Origin: an uncultured candidatus Porisulfidus sp.
GTDB lineage: Bacteria; Pseudomonadota; Gammaproteobacteria; Poriferisulfidales; Oxydemutatoraceae
Direction: 5' to 3'
Assembly (NCBI GenBank): GCA_965215125.1
Contig: OZ244052.1
Span: forward strand, 160,001 to 224,000
Length of the DNA stretch: 64,000 nucleotides
Shown: positions 46,301 through 51,520 of the stretch, in pieces
Numbering within the stretch: the first letter of the stretch is position 1
Layout: the number at the start of each line of letters is the position of its first letter
The notes under the pieces: model-generated
Databases searched by the model: none
What the model was told of the DNA's origin: nothing
Seen by the model: the letters and a program-made list of their open reading frames with translations, nothing else
Made by a program: the position numbers and the translations under genes

Positions 46301-47096
46301 CAATTCTACCATCCCTACTATTCATGCCCGTCAAACCGCCGGCGTCGCCGCCTGCCGCTACAGCTTCGATCTCCCCCATCGCATAACTATTGTGAATCTC
46401 ACCACCGTCATTCCAACCGACCAAAAGTCCAATCCGATTATTCGCGACCAGCCGACCGATTGCATAGCTGTTAATAATCGTGCTACGGTCACTCCGTCCG
46501 AGCAAACCTCCTACGATGTATCTACCGTAGACTTCTAGATTCAATAAACCGACATTAATGATACCGGCTTGACGCGCGAGACCGAATAAAGCAACACGAT
46601 CGCTCTGCCGTCTGTCCATCCTTAGATTGGAAATCGTATAACCGTTACCGTTAAAGATACCCGTAAAGGCTTCCGAAGTGGTTCCGATGGATTGCCACCC
46701 TTCCCCGCTAGTCCAAATAGCTTTGTTATCAACAAAACGATAACTTGAATCCTCCAGAAAGTCCAAGTCTCCGGTTAATTCATAGCCGATGCAACCACTC
46801 GCAGGACATCCTGCGGTAACTTTGATTTGTGAGTCGCTACCGCGTCTATAGCCGCTGCCGTCTAGTTGATAACGGATCGCATTCAGTTCCTCCAAAGTGC
46901 AGATCTCTATCAGGCCGTCACCGTCTTCGTCTATATCCGATGCGCCTCCCAAATCGTCTTCGTCGGCATCGCTGTCTTCTTCATTTATAACGCATAGTAT
47001 TTGAGAGTCGGGATCTTCTTGCGCAATCGCATATTGACAAAGCACCATCCCTCCCAACAACAAAGCCATACGTAAAAGCTTTTTGGATAGTTCCAC
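25386..47096 (-). CDS. Giant secreted modular adhesin-like protein, 7,236 aa, with ~10 GLUG/beta-helix modules, DxDxDG motifs and many cadherin-like beta-sandwich domains
   Basis: Uninterrupted ORF, GTG start with upstream AGGAGG, signal peptide (..LCQYAIA-QE). Repeated DxDxDGLIEI, GCxxxxCIGYEL, GNGYTISNL, GGLVG/NSYA and WDFG..QYP motifs. Cadherin-like spacers of the type NADLxxL...F...Y.V.V.N...ITVxAEDG..TY. Confidence 0.95.
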   Translation of the reverse strand: MELSKKLLRMALLLGGMVLCQYAIAQEDPDSQILCVINEEDSDADEDDLGGASDIDEDGDGLIEICTLEELNAIRYQLDGSGYRRGSDSQIKVTAGCPASGCIGYELTGDLDFLEDSSYRFVDNKAIWTSGEGWQSIGTTSEAFTGIFNGNGYTISNLRMDRRQSDRVALFGLARQAGIINVGLLNLEVYGRYIVGGLLGRSDRSTIINSYAIGRLVANNRIGLLVGWNDGGEIHNSYAMGEIEAVAAGGDAGGLTGMNSRDGRIVNCYTRSNVSGRDKVGGIVGVNSADITKSYATGISRVTPSVDIFQNLGGGIAGSNQGGTINMSHWNFESQFNFDSVQGTHSLDGAAVTKSLQTQVGQDSDSDSIFYTWSSDDWEFANIEHNYPQYPMLKYKTGSVAGLSVCSTTEMPRCGSMLPDQFDIDQDNDGLIELRYIEELNAMRYQLDGMGYRANSSATLVGKGCPVVNGIEKCRGYELAREMGFGGIDDNDTEIDYYYWNIENRHLWSPRERVGSGWPPIGLAGDGLDAVFEGNRYGLHDLWLDNRSAAGFFADISRNAEVNGVLFLFPRVVGGTEVGTLAASNSGSVSEIGLYFGFVEGDSLVGGLVGTNNGTIHNTFINDLDMRCGAGQWHGGLVGRNDKGAMLSYSYVHTFDRYFNRIFCSEGSRYIGGLVGGNTENSTVTHSFAQVLVTGGSSIGGLVGLNSEGSDIENSYALEDVEAISTLGASSGQVGGLVGVNTGRIANSYSIGKVSGRDAIGGLVGSTDENGSVIDSYWNTELSGLSQSAGGTGLPGEQLKKSTTATEIYTNWHHVDWDFGSDLQYPVIKSPVCVNEVDPDACMQLLGAQRLTLQALLLPPHNTLVPQLRPPRAIYDIVVPEGQREIEVTPFVDDPSRLYSMRIRNTDLDDRQTHRFRVFDEFRIDIQKSNFNFVSHRSRSVSLTFYINRMITKINYNNEELDEGGIISITEGDVLDSELEGELLLGRISTVFDRDAFEEISAGMHLSYLWSDLSGSDILSTVDTRQINLMVPQIPVAMIPENIELSDIKLRLNIRYRETSSNRTITLRVIKANNGSISLEAPFIEPDRYGIAVDLSEDPDGVSPNPRLEYQWQTRASDSEPWRDIENGTNSYYLFANAIQDNQYRVWVEYTDGQNYSQRLVSLPITYNDPNSEDIGLEKLELRADGDVVALTPSFTIESTATRYEAEVVNNIDTVALVVATRHNLTALSINGDHFLLNERTVDIGVEVGTNLIEIEARAPNGNTQTYTVAVKRRKSNNANLRDLAVIPGNLDFSRCDTDCTITVDNSINAASVTAEIADREASIAIDGVPAVLRDGVASTDVANLAVNIENIVTIVVTAADRETTKTYRLGIVRAVARSDNADLADLQISPPGNLPLMFSRDIDQYRIGVSTPTRILRVHAQASEGQGFVAINNRPLSVRAATADIMLADIEQETPITITVESPDRTTMKSYHLTVIRESDRAQRLENLELSLDYAYLQPRFEGELSDYILNAPLGIRQLQVTPTLASTESVTINILSSADSGFSINAQSGMQSDAIPLNLSAATIITIIVTTSLDRGEDSVIYRIDVRRDADGDGILDSGDIDADGDGLIEIYSLHGLNAIRHNLDGSGYMEDAEDVKNTTGCPRNGGCKGFELRSDLDFLDEADYLNQSDKTAWTTGAGWNPIGTGRQPFRAIFDGNGHTIFNLMIDRADSDYIALFGVTSASTIFNIGLLQIDINGRNNVGGLIGWNNGGVIANSFAIGRRTGNTRVGGLVGWNNGGDIINSYVMGEVRGVGENYRVGGLTGLNDDGATISDVYVRANVFGRRQIGGVIGANRAELNKCYFTGLSLVEPYTDFYNHVGKMLIGSNHDGISGNCHWNVEPQFILDSFNGSPRFVKELQTSQSNGGLEGTTYRTWRNEDWKFGSPEESYPRYPFLRYAPGSDTALPACSGSGRPSCESVLPHQLDVDEDGDGLIELRYVDELNVMRYQMDGAGYRASSTAVLLSAGCPLVDGIEKCRGYEMVRTLDIGEASDTVAQVGRYYWRLENRKLWPRVFFPEESAVLGWPPIGSADNKFNAVFDGNSQRLFGLWVYNRTSAGFFGEIGEDAKISHMVFNRPIIIGSIEAGALAANNAGHISRVAAFDAYIRGNSHLGGLVGRNSGTISNSFVDRPEIICDGGQWFGGLVGRNDGGIIDYSFAYIQNLSFINTTPSTVITCSGKSQYVGGLVGGNTRGSLIAHSHASIPITAYSLIGGLTGINVDNSVIRDSYAIGNIRATGPIGDIGGLVGFNISNIQNSYATGKVSGNHPRGGLIGFEINKALVEDSYWDTELSGISDENDSRGKNSAELKTPTTATGIYRDWLISDWNFGSDRHYPAIRNSECAVEADPGSCTKLLGYQRMGLQEIAVDENRLVLPRIRSNVGNYSIVVGGTERRVEVTPFVENPETLSYMSIERNVVDNGQPYTIIRDINLLRMYHRDTTFLPYQRIRLFYNLDVVNIVPSFATPYHQLDDSYTISEGASGERLIGGYDIWATFPGEATMEIEDSSEDISYEWIDLSGINLLQDTIKTNATLQLPTIPTNLVQGPTAQYSYLDLVLKLKYRNIIATNKIQLEIEKVQNGVIFVGAPVQEGENYVVKLDLSEDPDGVSPNPSIRYSWQIYLPNTDFSFPIAGATSSTYSLRNVSPNRRYGVWIGYTDGQGFRNFVGSRPVTYRGPGADDASLRRLSLKAGTRLIDLQRISTDEDEEIIRYRAGVKRGEDVITLIAEAAHVGAELSIDGDNFTTGVREMEFDLRTGTRSITITVRAVDGSEQSSIIEIHRLNNNANLEDLSITPGNLDFERCNTDCTVSFGNSVISVLLTARVADQNATITINGIPVDIINREANTEITDLGAGQTTTVSVVVTSEDKEISRRYLLKIIRAEAQSDNADLAYIKLSPPSNLPFEFQPRLSHYEVSMPVETTILGIDAQAGESEATIAIDGNPPTVNTATVNVALADAGELKTVVILVTSPDQTTTRSYTLAVTREAGSEAALAKLELYESESEINLVKGFDSEQGSYIVRISTGNVVVKAEAAHKNAVITGTCGTCTPDTFGEGIGSLSQAVNLDGNQYINDIKIKSTSGDGFSTKSYTLLVTGPNRGADIAFLSDLDLSLSDANLQPNFESSVFNYSLHTSLDISDISLIATLSSTASASINITSSADPDFSLAAESGIRSAAIPLDTLSNTTITITVSTAIVSTAISVVYQINVVQDSDGDGIPNGMDVDDDNDGLIEVHSLEDLDRMRFQLDGSGYVIRAGEPKDTTGCATGSGCIGYELTKNLDFLDDSSYRDAITRRANKIAWTTGGGWLPLGTGAQPYTGIFNGNGYTISNLFIYNTSGFPIGFFSRTSGAIIDYVGLLNVKITGAWDTGGLVGRASDASIISNSFVTGDIATANRSAGGLVGSLEAMTSEKSEIKNSYVVAEIVSDTGLVGGLVGNMNGTTSIDDSYAISNLIGDRELGGLVGRGHGDAQINNSYAIPIVQGNTMLGGLIGNSNGTLLGNSYWDSTISGIAGGRMAVSTEALQMPTTAGSTATEIYYQWSTDNWSFGDAEQYPAVKYNNDLCDISIPTKWVRCDFEGESLSGQHLSLVDLQIIEHIDGEAFDSLLFPEQLSLFRDDYTLTVYDRTTTVTLIPTLSKTHSTATIVIGNDAGYESAVASGGRVSGVPVDNGAKIVVALHVDEKPFVSHGILINYYTDLTAIDIDSDDDGYIDIRSPDGLSALRYQTDGTGFREAADRSKSTRGCPDDICIGYELANDVDLSTYANWQPIANFNTVFNGNGYTISNLSINRSEQNDVALFASISEDSKINYVNLASVNVRGWNQVAGLVANGRGKINNSSVSGRIVGNAYIGGIAGILYRTGGLINSYATIELMGNNRVGGLIGSTDAPINNSYAIGTVTQRNDSSNRLGGLVGYLNLVTITDSYAAVDVTGHQRSGGIVGDLPLTEFDRVVNSYAIGRVQGSQRGGIIPYFVTANNSYWNRTINPDIPTNNSSGIAKTTAELKTGTAGSSAGDIYLNWSDADWDFGSAAQYPGIKYAIGDEADPACRATTDTTVILPICGTLLPGQLHRPPGSYLTALTIAPVKNFSPRFDTLNSAYRATVSNSTETVVITMQAAGLDASIKLNVNEDQYTADRTLSENISLREGFNSIVIEITAPGETTRTYTVMLLREIIPTLIDIELPLSESHLEPNFRQDIFNYKIRSLFDNRHIQLMPVPEHPDWVMIRITSSADADFSIISSSGTRTYTIPVDPSFNTTITIITTADATVGNASLRYLINIDKDFDDDGIYDNSDIDYDNDGLIEIHNLEDLHAIRYRLDGSAYVAGPGGSPDTSGCAVASGCIGYELIDDLDFLDHTSYRDTQNPANKNAWTGGQGWPPIGDETQPFTAIFNGNGYTISNLYVNDITALPAGLFSKVAGATIDNIGLLNVNVSGLWNVGGIAGHATSSSRISNSFVTGEVEVVNEGVGGLVGFLESQELQISGITNSYVFVNVRGGSDQAGGLVGIMNNYSQLSNSYAIATVSANREVGGLVGKADSNVNINDSYAVATVAGRSLIDGLVGNSNGASIGNSYSDSTVSGITDSSSSGASAVSTEALRMPTAAGSTSTEVYYQWSNNDWDFGNDEQYPAIKYDNDLCSTAISEKWIRCDMRGQLIDGQHLNLVSLEIQESIDGVEADAALYPRLHPMLEHDYKLTVYPQTTTLTLIPLLSHSYSTPTIIIGSDADPNYKKNINSGELISDLPVDNDKQITIDLAIDGKSYIAYRISVNRYTGLTAVDIDQDDDGYIDIRSAGALDAVRYAPDGSGFKESSDKNKSTRGCPDDICIGYELLGDVDLSSYANWQPISDFTSAFKGNNYTIYNLRIDRRNQSRVGLFGTISGRSTKIDYVNLSNVNIHGQDRVAGLAGVSNGEITNSSVSGHISGRFRIGGIVGNTNSGSSIINSHADVNVRGTAGVGALVGIGNGLITNSYGDGTVVGTNNVGGLAGQFGNNSIINSYSTADVNGDAGVGGISGVTSNGVAKIINTYAIGRIVGEDRGGIVATNIGSLTITNSYSNSDVNPDIPMSLGGEAKTGTELRAATAGSRAGDIYFEWQGTDWDFGTARQYPGIKYAIGDEADPACRVTTDTTVILPICGTLLPGQLHRPPSQYLSDLDIEPLQSLTPQFDSLVTEYSATVANSVKTITVAAYAGSNAMITMIANEQHYRAREHIARDISLKLGINTITIEVAVPGETTNTYTVIATREIDLRLANLEFSSDDWRLIPDFNSDIFDYILQIPVDTRYIQLTPTAKDPESVTMQINSSAIPNSVVDVSNGVQTNTIALSPLIDTLVRLTVTLDATISSASATYRINVSKDIDGDGINDDLDIDDDNDGLIEVHDLDALNEIRYQLDGSAYVQSSGGSRNITGCLAAGGCIGYELVRDLDFEDDDSYRDRQSPEPKMRWTTGAGWPPIGSETEPFTGTFSGNGYTISNLFINGTNITNAGLFAKIENSTIDYTSLLNLRITGWQYLGGLVGQATSASKITNSFITGTIKAGHGNSGGLVGVLEGQAGIISEIENSYALVHIDSGFNPAGGLVGIMKDYASITNSYAMASIEGTGDRGFLVGRGSSEATIDDSYAVAVLTNESAAAHGLISDLNGSVVNNSYWDSTIGGIESGEGDTNGVGLATVALQSPIKAGSTSNEVYYRWRSDNWDFGDTELYPAIKYHNDLCNTSTSTKWIPCDAQGQLLFGQHTVLSGIELVEQLNERVYNPSLLPEKFISTRQDYLLSLYEQTTMLGLTLVVSHGYATPDIVIGSSADASYRATINSGGSVSDIPVDGSGKTTVELRIDGRLFLEYRISVNRYGELTDVDIDRDDDGYIDIRSANALNAIRFQPDGIGFRENDGVSRSTSGCPENTCIGYELTTDIDLSAYSNWSPIENFNTILKGNNYTISNLHIDREPDKVGLFKSITAAAQIDHLNLSDVNVSGQGFVGALVAMNEGKITNSSVSGRVEGTFIVGGMVAHATTHSGIINSFVDCNVTGIESVGGLIGQNEGSVDNSYSVGTVVGRGLIKHTVGGLIGVLSSGSIRNSYAAAAVSSTEKAGGLVGSMPPGLSSIINSYAIGKISGGPIGGLVPVANVNVLNSYWDSSVNPGASTNFPGEAKTTGEMLRGREGTRASDIYYRWDDTDWNFGNSLQYPRLKYAIGDENDPACRTEMEATTVSPICGTLLPRQSHLNLSTYLYDLRLISVKTFSPEFESPKTEYQATVANSTKTITVITRPTPEATVKISANGIVLATGRSFLENIPLNVGANTIEIEVSAPGKRTHTYTVTVIREFDLSLESLILEAGEQRFVSTHEELMSDDIEQPSHRYTIPIRVEEIVIRALARDSSVRVLLNEDSAIGSEAIGIIDNLKRGMNTYEIKLIARDDMTSKVHSVLVERIGNDNRLTSLTLKPEAAVRIYTPSFEDDVYEYETTISKSVKTVRVKATVIDEDAEIEITVNDNEISHRRIANKEIESEAFAVISGTRNQVRIKVMSSDQSSQSYILLLSRAPNDNADLAVLNIVGAKLDRAFDAETTAYETGVTNNTAELEVIAEAEDDDATIEIEINGEPVEPGSRRVGLKAAGAEASTNNIVVVVTAENGTDKTYRIRVRRDARDSNNDDLNSVALYEHNSETPFEIVGLDDFDGDRNYQVSVSTDVKIIQMIPLAADSGASLQVDGASLVNRSIDIELAEEINVRRPVQITVIAENGVNSQSYTIFVIRTPSDDKSLKYLRLSEENGDPIPLTPDFATTRTRYELRVPNALGRLVITAQANQPRASIVADDNPDIVGGVMRRTVELGENKITFVDFKVVANDGSSATYIVSVFRPYSSDVALTKLTLFPLSENQEELVSDSGTMMSNIVFYQNTVESLRTRIETQHSSATIIISRRDDTEDPFNFLLGLAVDPDAEENDTEISEGELLSNPIELVPGEMTLMDIMVLAQDGVSSMTYTVSVLRALNVDANLSNLQITKAGIPISPLPLFSSEITTYTVSVSNDTEELRVTATASDTEHASIQISVDDGALEDLASKEVVVWPGRKTMRGFETVVRIKVIANDDQTSKSYTVTLIRLFDADDATLHNLEVSPGKLEPDYTTATFVYTVNVSNTTETIKVIPTTNNNGVTTITSVFMNSRTVYPPNTDIPLDVLGDTGNIIEVEVESEDGTNSNTYTIKVIRESLGIRIRAKVFLEGPLQ

Positions 47097-47514
47097 CTCC
47101 AGAGCCCCCTCCTGTGAAAATGGTTAGATAATTATTATTGCCGTAATCCTGGTTTTTGTCAATATAATTTGCAATGCCGGATACATATTAGATAACGCAC
47201 GAACGACAAATCCGATGTACCGGGTATGTATAAATGCAAAAAATGAAAATGATATGTTTGTTTCACCTTCTAGGTAATTTATTATATGTTGCGACTTAAT
47301 TTACAAAAGCATTCAGGATTACCGCCAAACCTATACATTCCGAAAGAAAACCTGCTAGACATAAGACCAGAAGGTGATTTTTGTAAGACCACGATAACCG
47401 TACGTGACGCACCGGCACAATCAATACATTCATCCATCAAATTTATGGTTTACACATTCTGAAGGCGCAGGCATTTGCAGCATTGTGTAATGCATGCATT
47501 AGCCAACGCGCCGA

Positions 47515-47565
47515 GGTTCTGCGCACGGTCACGCCGATTGACCTGCCGGCTCAATCGGCGGTTCC
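47515..47565. repeat. Partial copy C of the bulged-hairpin repeat
   Basis: GGTTCTGC...CGCCGATTGACC-TGCC-GGCTCAATCGGCG-GTTCC, hairpin at 47532-47560, ~30 bp downstream of clpP. Confidence 0.8.
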
Positions 47566-47591
47566 GGGTTCAACCGCCTGGTGTGGGGCTA

Positions 47592-48209
47592 TTAGGGCTT
47601 GGTGTCGCGATGTTTCAGTATTTTATCCACGATGCCGTATGCGAGTGCTTCTTCTGCGTCCATAAAATTGTCGCGCTCGGTGTCGCGGCGGATTTTAGCT
47701 ATGGTTTGTTTAGTATGTTTGCTCAGTAGCTGATTTAGTTTCTCTCGTGTTTTGATGATTTCTTTGGCATGTATATCTATGTCGGTGGCTTGACCTTGAA
47801 AAGCCCCCATCGGCTGATGAATCATTACTTTGGAGTGAGGCAACAGATGACGTTTACCGCGAGTGCCGCCCGCCAATAGGACTGCCCCCATGCTTGCCGC
47901 TTGTCCGACGCATAATGTACTGATCTCGGAGCGTGTAAATTGCATCGTATCGTAGATTGCGAGACCTGCGGTCACCGAACCGCCCGGCGAGTTGATATAA
48001 AGAGAGATTTCCTTATCCGAGTTTTCCGATTCCAAAAATAGAATTTGGGCGATAATCAAGTTCGCTATATGGTCGTTGATAGCACCGACGACAAAAATTA
48101 CGCGCTCTTTGAGTAATCGCGAATAGATATCGTAGGATCGCTCACCGCGAGCGTTTTTTTCTATTACGATGGGTACTAAATTTAATGCGGTTTCTTCGTA
48201 TTCGTTCAT
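47592..48209 (-). CDS. clpP: ATP-dependent Clp protease proteolytic subunit
   Basis: [40 protein letters not shown]. Confidence 0.98.
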   Translation of the reverse strand: MNEYEETALNLVPIVIEKNARGERSYDIYSRLLKERVIFVVGAINDHIANLIIAQILFLESENSDKEISLYINSPGGSVTAGLAIYDTMQFTRSEISTLCVGQAASMGAVLLAGGTRGKRHLLPHSKVMIHQPMGAFQGQATDIDIHAKEIIKTREKLNQLLSKHTKQTIAKIRRDTERDNFMDAEEALAYGIVDKILKHRDTKP

Positions 48210-48220
48210 AAGCTAACTCC

Positions 48221-49516
48221 CTATTGTGTTTTTTTCATATCTATAAGTTCGTAAAACGAGTATTTTTTTTCGCTTAGATTGGTTTTTTCAATCACATACT
48301 CGATGACTTTATCTTCTAGTACCATCGCCTCCACTTTACGGTATGCATTCGCATCGCTACGGTAGTAGTTTTTTATGTGCTCGGGTTCTTTGTAGCCTTC
48401 GCCCAATTCCTCAATTTTAGCTTCGCACGCACTGCGATCGGCTTTCAAATTATTTTTTTGACTAATATAAATAAACAGAATATTCAAACAAACTTGCCGA
48501 TCGGCAGTTTCTTCAAATAGCTTATCGGGTATGTCCTTAGCGGCATATTTCGTATCACCCTTTGCAAAGGCCTCCTTCATTTTGTCGATTCGCTCCTTGA
48601 GCAGTACCGGAGGTGCTTTTATATTGCCGTGAGTCAGCATTGCATTTTCTACATTGGTACGGCGTAGTTGCGAGAGTTTTCTTTTCAATTCCCATTCCAT
48701 GCCCTCGCGCAACGAGCTACGCAAAGTATCCACTCCGCCCTCCTTAATGTTGCACGCTTTGAAAAAATCGTCGTCCAGTTCGGGTAAAATCGGTTTTTCA
48801 ACCAACTTTAAGCATACTTTACAACGCGTATCCGCTTTATCCGATGCCACGGTTTCTTGCTCGGTGTCTCCCTCAAAATCGATTTCTTTTTCTTCACCTG
48901 CGCGCATATTTTCAATCTGCTTATCGAAATGCTCGCCTATCGGATTCGAGCCTAAGACATAGCTTTCATCGTCATTCAATTCGCTAGCTTTCTCACCGGT
49001 TTCGATAGCACCTAAATTAATAGTCACCTTATCACCGACGCACGCCGGTCCGTCTTTGACTTGCCATTTAATATGATTCTTGCGCACCCGTTCCACCATA
49101 GCATCTATATCCTGTTCGGTAATTTCGCAAACCGGCTTTTCAATCGTTATACTTTCATAAGTATTTAACTGCAAATCGGGCATCACTTCTATATAAACCG
49201 TGTAGTTGATGCCTTTGTCCGTGTCTATCTCTATATCTTCAAAAGAAGGACCGCTTAAGATATGAAAATCGTGTTGTTTCATTACTTCTTTATAGTTCTC
49301 GTACATTAAGGCACCGGCAGCCTCGCTTCTTGTCTCGGATCCATAATAACGCTTGATTATTTCCAGCGGTGCTTTGCCCGGTCTAAAACCTTTGATCTTG
49401 GCGGTGGTAGAGAGTTTGCGGAGCTTTGCGTCGATCCGCTCGTTTAAATCCGCAGCCGGAATATCAATATACAGTTTGCGCCCGAAAGTATCTATTTCTT
49501 CTATTCTACAATTCAT
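48221..49516 (-). CDS. tig: Trigger factor
   Basis: GFRPGKAP ribosome-binding motif, FKBP-like middle domain, 431 aa, upstream of clpP. Confidence 0.96.
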   Translation of the reverse strand: MNCRIEEIDTFGRKLYIDIPAADLNERIDAKLRKLSTTAKIKGFRPGKAPLEIIKRYYGSETRSEAAGALMYENYKEVMKQHDFHILSGPSFEDIEIDTDKGINYTVYIEVMPDLQLNTYESITIEKPVCEITEQDIDAMVERVRKNHIKWQVKDGPACVGDKVTINLGAIETGEKASELNDDESYVLGSNPIGEHFDKQIENMRAGEEKEIDFEGDTEQETVASDKADTRCKVCLKLVEKPILPELDDDFFKACNIKEGGVDTLRSSLREGMEWELKRKLSQLRRTNVENAMLTHGNIKAPPVLLKERIDKMKEAFAKGDTKYAAKDIPDKLFEETADRQVCLNILFIYISQKNNLKADRSACEAKIEELGEGYKEPEHIKNYYRSDANAYRKVEAMVLEDKVIEYVIEKTNLSEKKYSFYELIDMKKTQ

Positions 49517-49558
49517 TAAACCGATATGTCTTGAACGATTATTATAGCCCTAAAACGA

Positions 49559-49641
49559 TGCGGAAGGAGAGACTCGAACTCTCAAGGGAATATCCCACTG
49601 GCACCTAAAGCCAGCGCGTCTACCAATTTCGCCACTTCCGC
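49559..49641 (-). tRNA. tRNA-Leu(TAG), CCA not encoded
   Basis: Reverse complement GCGGAAGTGGCGAAATTGGTAGACGCGCTGGCTTTAGGTGCCAGTGGGATATTCCCTTGAGAGTTCGAGTCTCTCCTTCCGCA. Long variable arm; usual position upstream of tig. Confidence 0.96.
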
Positions 49642-49666
49642 ATCGCTTAAAAATAGCTTATTATAA

Positions 49667-50581
49667 TTGATTATTCCGACGATAACCGATTCCATGCGCT
49701 TATTTCTGCTTTTTCTATTTTCCGTATTGCTTGCAATCCTAGTCAGTAGCTTGGTCGCACAACCGCTCTATAAATTATTAGGTGTTGATGGTCTGATCGA
49801 TTTCGACAATTTTGGGAAACGGTTGGCAATGCTGGCAATTTTATTGACGATTGTCGCAATACTCAAGTTCAAAGGCATACTAGATTATAAGAATGTAGGC
49901 TGGTCGGTGAGTGAAAGCCAAACACGACGCGGATTATTATTCTACGGCTTCGTCATAGGTATACTGATGATGCTACCTGTCACTTGGCTGTTTCATCTAA
50001 GCGATCTTCGGGTTTTGAATCTATCACCGGACTTCGCATGGAATACATTTGCAATCAAGTTCGCATCGCTATTACTCGCCGCCTTTGCGGTTTCTTTAAT
50101 AGAGGAAACTTTTTTCAGAGGTATTTTGTTTGAGGGTTTTCTAAAAGACCAAGAGCCGCTATCCGCAGTACTATTGACTGCCTTGTTCTTTGCGGTGATA
50201 CACTTCGCACGCATCAAGGGAAGCGAATTGCCCGCCGACGCACCGTGGTATTACGGCTCGGTGATACTTTCCGACAGCATCGCAACGCATTGGCACGGCG
50301 ACTACGCCGCAACCGCACTCAGCCTTTTCTTAGCCGGCGTATTGCTGGGCATCGTGCGCTTAAAGACCGCAAGCGTATGGGCTTGCATAGGTATACACAG
50401 CGGATGGATATTGACTCTGAAGGTGGATAAAAAATTATCCTATTTCAACGAACAATCGGATTGGCATTTCTTGGTCGGACCGTACGATTCGTATAACGGT
50501 TGGGCAACCGCCGGCTGGTTGGCGATTATTTTTTTCGTCTACTTTGCTATGACTACTTATAGAAAAGCTAACGGTTCATAA
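49667..50581 (+). CDS. CPBP (CAAX/Abi) family intramembrane metalloprotease (likely start ATG 49694)
   Basis: EETFFRG, FAVIH and CIGIHSGW motifs; multiple TM helices. Confidence 0.92.
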   Translation: MIIPTITDSMRLFLLFLFSVLLAILVSSLVAQPLYKLLGVDGLIDFDNFGKRLAMLAILLTIVAILKFKGILDYKNVGWSVSESQTRRGLLFYGFVIGILMMLPVTWLFHLSDLRVLNLSPDFAWNTFAIKFASLLLAAFAVSLIEETFFRGILFEGFLKDQEPLSAVLLTALFFAVIHFARIKGSELPADAPWYYGSVILSDSIATHWHGDYAATALSLFLAGVLLGIVRLKTASVWACIGIHSGWILTLKVDKKLSYFNEQSDWHFLVGPYDSYNGWATAGWLAIIFFVYFAMTTYRKANGS

Positions 50582-50873
50582 TATTGCTTTTATAGAAATA
50601 CCACCGCTTGCCCATCAGCTGTCTCACCGCTGCGTCGTTGCGATAGCGTCTGCGTAATAAGCGATACACAAAATAAGGGATATTATAAAAAACAAACGCT
50701 AGAAAAATCATAACCAAACCCACAATCACTTTATATTCATCCAGCAAAGGAATCTCCGCCCACCAAAAGGCAAGTCCTACCAGACATATAACGGCAGCCA
50801 GTGATAGTGTGAAACAACGGTTGTAGTAGTCGTGTTCGCGTTTGAGACGTTGCAATAATTTTATGGAATCCAC
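50568..50873 (-). CDS. Hypothetical membrane protein (2 TM)
   Basis: 101-aa ORF with two hydrophobic segments, co-oriented with the upstream gene. Confidence 0.6.
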   Translation of the reverse strand: MDSIKLLQRLKREHDYYNRCFTLSLAAVICLVGLAFWWAEIPLLDEYKVIVGLVMIFLAFVFYNIPYFVYRLLRRRYRNDAAVRQLMGKRWYFYKSNIMNR

Positions 50874-50899
50874 CTTTGCTATATCCCTCGCTTTTATTG

Positions 50900-51376
50900 C
50901 TACCGCTTTTGCAAATAATCGGTTAACAATGCTTTGGTATACGCGTAAGCATAAGGCTGTTTGCTGGCACGAGGTCCGGCGATATTCAAAGTCTCGGGTT
51001 GAACACGGCGAGTAAAGCCGAGTATTTCGTCAACCGCCGACGAGAACTGCACGGCATTTGCATCTATCGTTAAAAATGGCTTGTTTTCTTGATTGCAAAA
51101 TTCAACCGTCAATTCGGTGCCACCTTCCAATTGATCAAAATAGATAACCACAGTCACATCGCTGTCCGACACATTGCGCATAGTACGCCGAATATAATCC
51201 CCTCCCGCAAGTTCTTCTAGAGGATAGTGCGAATCAATCACGCCGTCTTCGGCTAAGCGTCCTTCGGGACACCATCCCCCGCAAGGTATCCCCAACTCTA
51301 ATGCAACATCCAAAGCCGCCCTGTCCACACCCGTTTGTCCACCGGAAATAATGGTGATATCTCTTTTTATAGCCAT
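50900..51376 (-). CDS. Putative molybdenum-carrier family protein (SLOG-like)
   Basis: IISGGQTGVDRAALD, GGWCPEGRLAEDG, RTMRNVSDSD, LNIAGPRAS. Confidence 0.9.
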   Translation of the reverse strand: MAIKRDITIISGGQTGVDRAALDVALELGIPCGGWCPEGRLAEDGVIDSHYPLEELAGGDYIRRTMRNVSDSDVTVVIYFDQLEGGTELTVEFCNQENKPFLTIDANAVQFSSAVDEILGFTRRVQPETLNIAGPRASKQPYAYAYTKALLTDYLQKR

Positions 51377-51479
51377 GGTGTTTATTTTACAATACCCCCC
51401 AATAAGGGCAGACCATTCGCCTTTAGCAAGGGCATGTTAACCCTTCCCTAGAGCGGGGGAACAGGCAAAGGGGTGGCCC

Positions 51480-51502
51480 ATTCCCCTCCTGTGGAGGGGA
51501 AT
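51480..51502. repeat. REP-like palindrome downstream of rnpB
   Basis: ATTCCCCTCC-TGT-GGAGGGGAAT, same family as the 18868 array. Confidence 0.85.
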
Positions 51503-51520
51503 AGTTCTCCCGAAACCAAA

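Noticed and set aside
25728-46538. Short ORFs overlapping the 7,236-aa gene
   Set aside because: Same shadow effect; no independent motifs.
25386-47096. Diversity-generating retroelement acting on the giant genes
   Set aside because: No reverse transcriptase in the window, and differences between the near-identical tracts are not adenine-specific.
47310-47420. GCCAAAC...CCGAAAG resembling a c-di-GMP-I riboswitch upstream of the giant gene
   Set aside because: Wrong strand for the gene, and I could not build the P1/P2 pairing.
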